Notes under the pieces: model-generated
Seen by the model: the letters and a program-made list of their open reading frames with translations, nothing else
What the model was told of the DNA's origin: nothing
Database searches by the model: none
Part shown: positions 57,601 through 64,000 of the stretch, piece by piece
How positions within the stretch are numbered: the stretch's first letter is position 1
How the letters are laid out: each line of letters opens with the position of its first letter
Assembly (NCBI RefSeq): GCF_964188315.1
Contig: NC_135661.1
Location: forward strand, 52,576,001-52,640,000
Source: Podarcis muralis
Lineage: Eukaryota
Reading direction: 5' to 3'
DNA length: 64,000 nucleotides
Program-made: the position numbers and the translations under genes

Positions 57601-60600
57601 GGACCTAATGGTCAGGGGTCCCTTTATCTTTATGTCTGTTTCTTAGTGAAGTGTGTTAATTATTTAAAATCCCAAAATGTGTACACACAGATACTCTGCA
57701 TATATGTATGTAAATATAACACATACTCTTAACTGTGGGCTCGTTCACACTTTGCTCATCCTGCACCTAGAAAGCATGAGTCCAAGAGGTTTTCCACTTG
57801 TGTTGTGCTTCCCAAGCACAGATCTGAGTGGTTTTTTGTTTGCCTCACAGGTTTCCTTGGGAAAACACGCTATTTACTGCTAAATCAGAACAAACAGCAA
57901 TCCGCAAAAACCTGATTGCCATTTGGGCCAACTCGGCACTAAACCGTGGGTTTTCTCTGGGGAATGTGCCTGAGCAAATGGAAGCATGAACAGGCCCTGT
58001 GTGTGGATATCAATACAGTGGTACCTCGCAAGACGAATGCCTCGCAAGACAAAAAACTCGCTAGACGAAAGGTTTTTCCGTTTTCGAGTTGCCTCGCAAG
58101 ACGAATTTCCCTATGGGCTTGCTTCGCAAGACGAAAACGTCTCGAGACTTTGTTTCCTTTGTCTAAATAATAATTCGCAAGACGAAAAATTCGCTAGACG
58201 GCAAAACTTGCGGAACGAATTAATTTCGTCTTGCGGGGCACCACTGTATAGCTCCTCTTCCCAATTATAGATCTCGGCACATTACACACTACTAGTTTCC
58301 AATTCTAAATAGGGATCAAGCTTCCTTGCTAGAAGGTGGTGACAGAGAAAGCCCCCCCCCCCAATACCCATTCAGCAGTAATTGTGTCCACCACAATCTG
58401 AGGGAGTCCGCTCCACTGTTGAGCAGCTCTTACCATCAAAAAGCTCTTCCTTTACTGATGGCTGCAAGAGTTGTTATAGTTAGGAAGTGGAAGTAGCAAA
58501 GTGAATATAAAATGGAAGAATGGTATAAAGAGGTGTGGGATATAGCTATTAATGATAAATTAACATATGCTATTAAGGTAAAACAGGAAATATGCAGGAG
58601 AAATTATTCTGAGGAGATATGGAAGGTATTTGTAGAATTTGTACAGTTAAAATGAAAATGGGTCAAACCACCGCAAGAGGTGTTGAATTTTTGGGAGGGT
58701 AGATATTTAACAATGGAATGGTCTTGGGGGTGAGGTGCACATTTTTATTTTATTTTTACTTACTATTATTACTTTGTTAAATAAAGGTCTTCCTAATGTT
58801 CCTGACCTCCTTAGCAGTGGAAGTTAGCAGTCCTCCAGTGAACTGCTGCTGTTCAGACCCCAGTAACCCCAGTACTGACAAAATAACACAGTTCTTTTTT
58901 TCCTTAAAAATGTTTATGGGTACTCTCATTTTCCTACTCATATTGAAACACTGCCCCCTCAATGAGACCAAACTTAGATTCACAAAATGTTTAGGGGTTT
59001 GTGTACCCCTGTGTACCCCCAGAAAAAAAGAACTGGTTTTACTGGCTGCCGCAGTCAAGTGTAATTCTATAGTGCTAAAGGAAAGCAAGTAGCCCACAAG
59101 CTTCTGTGAAATATGCACCTCCACTATTTTATCAAATGGTCCATTAAACAAACTTTAATAAAATGAGGTCTACCGTATTTTAGTGGACGGCAAGAGACTG
59201 AACTGACCCCAGAGGGACTCATCAGGTAAGGGTGGAACTGGGCAATTCCATGAAAAAGTCGACTTACAGAGCCATTTTACATTTCCATATATAGTTATGG
59301 TGTGCTGTATCACTGTAAAAATAATTTCCCAGTGTCATTATCTGAAAACAGTTTTTCCAAGTAGCATCCAGCTGCATGGGACACAAGGTGACCCAGAATG
59401 TCTCTATTTCTCCATCTAATCTTCAGTTAAAGACCTCTCCAAGTAAATAGACAATAGGTTCACAATCCTTTATTGTACTGATAGTTTTGCTTTCCCATTT
59501 GGTAAACTGAGAAGAAAATTTGTATTAGGAACACAATCAGATGAGTTTAGGACAATAAAGCCTAGTTGGTTGAGTGGCTTATGTTGGTCACAAAAACACA
59601 TGCTCTCTCTCCCCCCCCCACCCCCCACCCACCAAATGAAAATAAAAATGTTCTGGTTTAACTTTATTCTCTTCTTTGATTTCATTAGCATCAAGATGTG
59701 ATGCTCCCTGAAACGTGTTTTACATGCAAAGTTCTTGTGATCAACATTACTCCATAATGTGCAACTTACATAGCATATGTGGTTATTTGTGTGATTTAAC
59801 TCCCAATGCATACCTGTCTAACATCTCGTGTTATGTGAGAGAAAAGATGTGTGTGGCGGGGGCCAGGTGGCATAGCTTCTCCAAAATTAAGAAGTTTAAG
59901 GTGAAGGCTGTAAAGGGTCTTCTAGGCACAGAAATAGTTTTTAAACTCTCTGCCTTGAAGCGGGGTGGAGCCCTCTCAACACCATCTCCAAAAGCCCCAG
60001 GATGCTTGTAGACTCAAGGGTATTTTGTGTTTTAGTTCCACAACCCCTGATTTTTACAAAACATATACTTACACACTTCTTATGGATAATCACCTGAAAA
60101 TATTACTTACTGAAACTGTCAACCTTGATTAATATTACATTGGCATTTGTCAATTACCACCAGTAATTTTTTATCATAAGAACAGTAAAAATTTAGACGT
60201 TTGCAGTGGAAACTTTCCACCCCATGTCTCTGTCCTAGAATAACATGCTTCCCTGCTCTTCCTCCTCAAGCAGGTAGAGAACTTGGGAAACTTTCAACCA
60301 TGGCTTGCCATGCTGTACGGATTCAAAACTGGGACTACCAAGCAAGTTTCAAAGGTGGCTTGTTTGAAGTTAGGACTACTTAATGTTAACCACAGTTTAT
60401 TGGTTCAGACAAAACACACTGCAGTTGGCAAGAAGCAAATGCTTCCAAGTCCTCCTGCGATCAGGGAAGAGGCTGGAGAGGATGATAGGTTCATTTACAT
60501 CTTACCAATCCATAGTTTAGTGAGGCAGTGGGAAACCTCCAGCATGTTGGGCCTAATTAGACCCACATCATCATGGTGCACTGGGCAAATCCCACCCAAC

Positions 60601-63387
60601 TTTTCCAGGCCTATCATCATGTATGACATCAAGTATGGAAAAGTTCAAGCCATGGCCAAAAAGAAGAACTGGGAATGAACATCACTCCTAATTCTTTCCT
60701 TTAAAGTCAAGTCACCTAGTGTTTTGGTGACATCAGGTTACTGGTGAGTGCAAGAGCAGAACATCCAGTCTGCTGGCCGGATCCTCTTAAACACCCACAG
60801 TTTACTGTGATGTCCAAGTGCAGTATGAGGGAGATCAACTCAGTCCCAAGTAGGATTAAACATCTGTCAACTCATATTTGTGTGCTTGTGCACATATATG
60901 TATCTAGAGCAAAACAGTGCATTTTAAACTTTTTTTAAAAAGTACAGTTTTGCAAAAGGACAGCATTCGATGTTAGTCATGGAGCAGACCGACATAAATC
61001 ATTGGGTTTACATAAGTAAAGTCCATTGGTTTCAATGGCTCTAAGTATTACTTAGCTGAGCACCACCCAATGTTTCAGAATTTAAATTTAATGTATTTTT
61101 TTTACTTTTATGGAATACAGTTATCCATATTGAGAATGATAAAACCAAACCACGAACCAGTTCTCATTTAAAATTTGCTCAAGATGCAGGCAGGATTTTT
61201 TCTCTTTTAAATTCACAAACAAGAGTGGTCTGAAAGGAGGGAAGAGAATGAACCAAGGAAAGTACCCCGGCTCACTTTCTTTCCATCATTACTTCCAACA
61301 GAGATAAAACATTCACACTGAAAATATGATTTAAAAATTCTCACCAACAAATTTAACTACTGATTCTAAAGTCTGGTTTGAGACATTTAGAGGGTAATTT
61401 TATAGAAAAGTCCTGCAGATTTGAGCACCACCACACTTAGAGGCATTCGAGACATATATCCCATGTTCAGAGGTCAGGTGGAACTAGTTGAATCCTACTA
61501 ATTTCTACTTCCAGCAAAAACAAAAACAAACAAACAACCCCCCCCCCAGCAAACATTATATTTTCTCCATATCAGCCAATGACCATTGACACACTTCATT
61601 ACCTGTAATCAGAATAAACTAGCAGTGCTTTTAGGTTATAAGCAGCCAGTAATGTGCAAAAACTAATTTTTAGAGCCATCAAGAAACGCTTCACAAGCTA
61701 CTAAAATGTAGCAACTGAAAGGGAATTAAAATCACCATAGAAAAATAACCTTTGTGCATACCCTCCAACATTTCTCCAATGAAAATAGGGACATCCTAAG
61801 GAAAAGTGGGACATTCCAGGATCAAATCAGAAACCAGGGCAGCTTCTCGAAATCTGGGACGTCCCTGGAAACTAGGGACACTTGGGGGGGGGGGTCTGTC
61901 TGTGCGCTGCACTGATTCTCACAGCTTCCCCTTTCCCAACATGGTGTCCTCCTGATATTGCTGCACCCCAGCTTCCAGTGAGCCAGGATGGTTTAGTGGT
62001 TAAGTTAAAGTCTCAGACTAGGACCTGGGAGACCAAGGTTTAAATCTCCCACAAAGCTCACTGGGTGACTTTGGGCCAGTCACTGCCACTCAGTCTAGCC
62101 TAGCTCACACAGTTGTTGTGGGGTTAAATGAGGAGGCAGAGAACAGTGTATGTCACACTGAACTCCTTGGCAGTATGACCAATGGTCACAGATTATCAGG
62201 CAGCTATAGAAGGTATCTGGAAGGCACCAGGCTGAGAAAGGTGGGAAGGCCCATTGCCTTCCCATGCAAGATGACAGCTATGGACAGACAGTTGTGAAAT
62301 AAACAAACAGGTGATCAAAACAGCTCCAGGAACAACTCTATAGGGGAAGGCAGCTACAATTTCATGGGCAAATCTGACAAATTTTAATTTCTCATTTAGT
62401 TTTTCACATCAGTTTGCAATTCATTGGCATTTCAGTGCAAGTTTCTCCCAGTATGCACATTTTTGCAAAACAATGTTCCTTAATATTTGTATATTAATTA
62501 TTATTTGTGTAATTATTTTAACTAATAATATACATTCCTATGTGCACTTTACCCATTTTTTGCAAACATTGCTTGGCTGGAGAATTTCATTGCAAAATTT
62601 GGAGAATTATGAATTTGAAGGATGGCCATGTCTTGGTTCACATATTGTTTAGGAAAGTGTGAATGAGTTTAAGCTCACCTTTAAATGTGAACCAAATTGA
62701 ATTTCTCCCCCCTCACCAGTAGGGAACCAACTGATGCAGCATCATGCAGAATGAAGTGCTGGGGTTCTGGCCCACAGATTGTAGGTGGGGAGTTGCATTT
62801 CCAAGTGCTCCCCAGTGGGGAAAGCTCTTCACAGACAACAAACAAGCACATCAAGCTTAGCACACAGCCTTCTCCCTCAGAGGCAGAGTTTTCTCCACAA
62901 TATACTAAGCTTATTACATTCAGGAAACTTATGCTGGGAACATAGAACCAACCAGCTTGACACTCTGGCCCACCTACAGTCTGAAGCACTGTAGCCCAGA
63001 ATTCCATCATCTCAAGTCTGTCTGATGCACAAACTAGACCTTACATTTGAGTAACCCCCACTGAACTCAACACGGCATAAAAATAAACATGTATAAGACT
63101 GGTTAGGTTAGGTACCTGAAAAATACCAGTTGTACACATCACTCTCAGAGACCACTGTGTGGTTTCTGGCCAACAAAGCCCCTGTAAGTTGCGCATGACA
63201 CACAGTGCCCTACAAGGGCTTGTCAAACACCAAACTAGCAGCTCCCGACGTTAGTTGTACTCACAATACTCCAACAGATGAGATGGTTGGTCTCAGGATC
63301 TTCTACCAATGTCCACAGCTTGGTGAGGAACGCTGGTACGTTGCTGGGGTAGCCATCCATAGCCAAGGAAGTGGATGAGTCCTGCAT
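42598..63387 (-). CDS. HSF4: Heat shock factor 4 (HSF4b-like), about 498 aa; join(63387-63265,55940-55832,55147-55020,54022-53898,53195-53120,52076-52012,51085-50986,49390-49266,48373-48146,47578-47473,45738-45673,44833-44752,42761-42598)
   Basis: HSF DNA-binding domain [10 protein letters not shown]...[22 protein letters not shown]; [37 protein letters not shown]; HSF4-type [20 protein letters not shown] and PVAMVQ. Exon sizes 123/109/128/125/76/65/100/125/228/106/66/82/164 match the HSF4 architecture as I recall it. Confidence 0.95.
43138..43160. repeat. (AC)n microsatellite
   Basis: Read directly from the sequence. Confidence 0.9.
43397..43772 (+). mobile_element. Sauria SINE, subfamily B
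   Basis: 3' end GGCCCGTACGGGCAGGGGTACC(TTTACC)n; TSD TTCACATTCCCAG at 43384-43396 and 43773-43785. Confidence 0.92.
43870..44230 (-). mobile_element. Sauria SINE, subfamily B
   Basis: TSD TTTATCCTGTA at 43859-43869 and 44231-44241; inverted relative to the 43397 copy. Confidence 0.92.
44752..44833 (-). CDS. HSF4: HSF4 penultimate coding exon
   Basis: [27 protein letters not shown]; requires the distal AG of a tandem acceptor. Confidence 0.65.
45673..45738 (-). CDS. HSF4: HSF4 coding exon
   Basis: [22 protein letters not shown]; 66 nt with strong AG/GT sites. Confidence 0.88.
46205..46562 (-). mobile_element. Sauria SINE, subfamily B
   Basis: TSD GTATATATGTATAAA on both flanks. Confidence 0.92.
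46799..46869. repeat. (AAG)~24 microsatellite
   Basis: Uninterrupted GAA tract in an HSF4 intron. Confidence 0.98.
47473..47578 (-). CDS. HSF4: HSF4 coding exon
   Basis: [35 protein letters not shown]. Confidence 0.88.
47826..47953. mobile_element. Palindromic hAT-like MITE (same family)
   Basis: CCCTCCAGATGTTGTTGGACT...TCCCATCA / TGATGGGAATTGTGGTCC...GAGGG. Confidence 0.65.
48146..48373 (-). CDS. HSF4: HSF4 coding exon with phosphorylation-dependent SUMO motif
   Basis: [16 protein letters not shown]...[17 protein letters not shown]...PLDR; VKEEPISP fits psi-KxExxSP. Confidence 0.93.
48544..48770 (+). mobile_element. tRNA-derived CORE/MIR-like SINE
   Basis: GTGGTTAGAGTGTTGGACT...GGGTTCAAAT...CACTGGGTGACC...CCTACCTCACAGGGCTGTTGT...ATAAATGCAATAAAATAAATAAA tail. 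Confidence 0.7.
48942..49015 (-). mobile_element. CR1 LINE 3' end
   Basis: ATAGAATCATTGAATTGCAGAGTTGGAAGGGATCCCGAGGGTCATCTAGTCCAACCCC. Confidence 0.7.
49138..49218. repeat. Compound (ATTT)n(TGTT)n(TGTC)n microsatellite
   Basis: Read directly from the sequence. Confidence 0.95.
49266..49390 (-). CDS. HSF4: HSF4 coding exon
   Basis: [42 protein letters not shown]. Confidence 0.92.
49579..50040 (-). mobile_element. CR1 LINE 3' fragment
   Basis: CATAGAATCACAGAACTGTAAAGTTGGAAGGG is the typical CR1 3' end, followed by RT-end sequence (CTTACCATCAGAAAGTT...CTGCACATGTTCAAGCTTGTC). Confidence 0.75.
50681..50872 (+). mobile_element. Squam3-like SINE (old)
   Basis: GGTTCAGTCCCTGGCATCTCTAGTAAGGGCTGG...TCTGACTCAG...CAGCTTC. 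Confidence 0.6.
50986..51085 (-). CDS. HSF4: HSF4 coding exon
   Basis: [33 protein letters not shown]. Confidence 0.94.
52012..52076 (-). CDS. HSF4: HSF4 coding exon
   Basis: [22 protein letters not shown]. Confidence 0.96.
52183..52378 (+). mobile_element. Squam3-like SINE (old)
   Basis: AGCATCTGCTTTGCATG...GAGCTAGATGGA...TCTGACT...GTAAGGCAACTTC. Confidence 0.6.
52736..52763. repeat. (TG)n microsatellite
   Basis: Read directly from the sequence. Confidence 0.95.
53120..53195 (-). CDS. HSF4: HSF4 coding exon (HR-A/B)
   Basis: [25 protein letters not shown]. Confidence 0.96.
53806..53885 (-). mobile_element. CR1 LINE 3' end
   Basis: AGAATCATAGCACTGTGGAGCTGGAAGGGACCCCGAGGGTCATCTAGTCC. Confidence 0.65.
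53898..54022 (-). CDS. HSF4: HSF4 coding exon (HR-A)
   Basis: [42 protein letters not shown]. Confidence 0.95.
54120..54345. mobile_element. pogo/Tigger-like MITE (TAACCTGAAG-repeat family)
   Basis: TIRs and TA TSD; near-identical to 36276-36517. Confidence 0.9.
54585..54614. repeat. (AAC)~10 microsatellite
   Basis: Read directly from the sequence. Confidence 0.95.
55020..55147 (-). CDS. HSF4: HSF4 coding exon (DNA-binding domain)
   Basis: [43 protein letters not shown]. Confidence 0.97.
55832..55940 (-). CDS. HSF4: HSF4 coding exon (DNA-binding domain)
   Basis: [36 protein letters not shown]. Confidence 0.97.
56285..56646 (+). mobile_element. Sauria SINE, subfamily B
   Basis: TSD TACAGAATAGAA at 56261-56272 and 56645-56656. 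Confidence 0.92.
57338..57632 (+). mobile_element. Sauria SINE, subfamily A, 5'-truncated
   Basis: Starts at GTCGGCGGTTTGAATCCCC; subfamily A tail. Confidence 0.88.
58016..58246. mobile_element. pogo/Tigger-like MITE with internal CGCAAGACGA repeats
   Basis: TIRs and TA TSD; homologous to 20600-20861. Confidence 0.88.
58500..58785 (+). mobile_element. L1-like LINE 3' fragment (end of ORF2 and 3'UTR)
   Basis: Translates [22 protein letters not shown]...[11 protein letters not shown], followed by a T-rich UTR and AATAAA. Confidence 0.5.
61986..62170 (+). mobile_element. tRNA-derived CORE/MIR-like SINE
   Basis: TAGTGGTTAAG...AGACTAGGACCTGGGAGACC...CACTGGGTGACTTTGGGCCAGTCAC. Confidence 0.65.
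63265..63387 (-). CDS. HSF4: HSF4 first coding exon
   Basis: [41 protein letters not shown]. Confidence 0.95.
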
Positions 63388-64000
63388 AGTTTTTTTTGTG
63401 GTGCTCTGACTACACTAGTGCCATGATCTCTTGCCCCACAGCAAAGCTCCCTTTCCTTTCTGTGCGTGTGTCAGAGGGAGAAACAAAACCATTTAGCGAT
63501 CCAGGCAGAGCCGAGAAAACATCCTCCTCCCACAAAAATCACATCAGCAATGCTGCTGGCTCTCTCCCAAGCCCAGCACAATGGGCAGGCATGGCCAACC
63601 CTCGGGTTGAACAATGCACAGAATGAAAACGCACCGCTATTTGCATTGCACAATGCCGTGAATAAAGATGCAGCATCATGGAAAGAGAATACACTTGCTT
63701 GCACAAACACAGTAGGCCAGGAGGTCAGCAAAAGCCCTGGAAAGGGCCAAGGGCGGCTCTTTTGCCTTCCCCATGGCACAACTTGGAGGAAGCGATAGTG
63801 GAAGCAGACCTACCTGAAGGCCACCTTAAGTTTTATTTCATTTGTTCTTTCAGCTTCTAGGCTGCTTTTCTCATAGTTTCCAAGAGGACAAACACAGCAA
63901 GGAGAATTCCAACAGTAAGGAAAATGTGTCAAAGTATTTATTACAATAGAGACAATTCACAGTAGCAGAATTGAAGGTGTGCCACCTGGAGACTAGTGTC

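Overview
Vertebrate genomic DNA from a squamate reptile, probably a lacertid lizard, judging by its Sauria/Squam1 and Squam3-type SINEs and pogo/Tigger-like MITEs. I reconstructed four spliced protein-coding genes by hand; every intron is GT-AG and the frames join. (1) MBTPS1 (site-1 protease), minus strand, coding exons 2-11 at 233-10422; the 3' half runs off the left edge and the CpG-island promoter is at about 13.3-14.5 kb. (2) HSDL1, minus strand, 4 coding exons at 16010-21188, 320 aa. (3) DNAAF1/LRRC50, plus strand, 13 coding exons at 27176-39878, about 661 aa; it shares a bidirectional CpG-island promoter carrying an RFX X-box with HSDL1 at about 25 kb. (4) HSF4, minus strand, 13 coding exons at 42598-63387, about 498 aa. 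Most long ORFs in the supplied track are artefacts of CpG islands, SINEs or microsatellites. Most notable observations: HSDL1 has Tyr218 in an intact S-x12-Y-x3-K catalytic motif, where the human pseudoenzyme has Phe218. HSF4, not TAF1C, lies tail-to-tail with DNAAF1. The MBTPS1 leader carries ten upstream AUGs. HSF4 introns contain young inverted SINEs and frame-shifting tandem splice acceptors. MITEs in the window carry promoter-type motifs. Comparisons with human sequences are from memory and need alignment to confirm.
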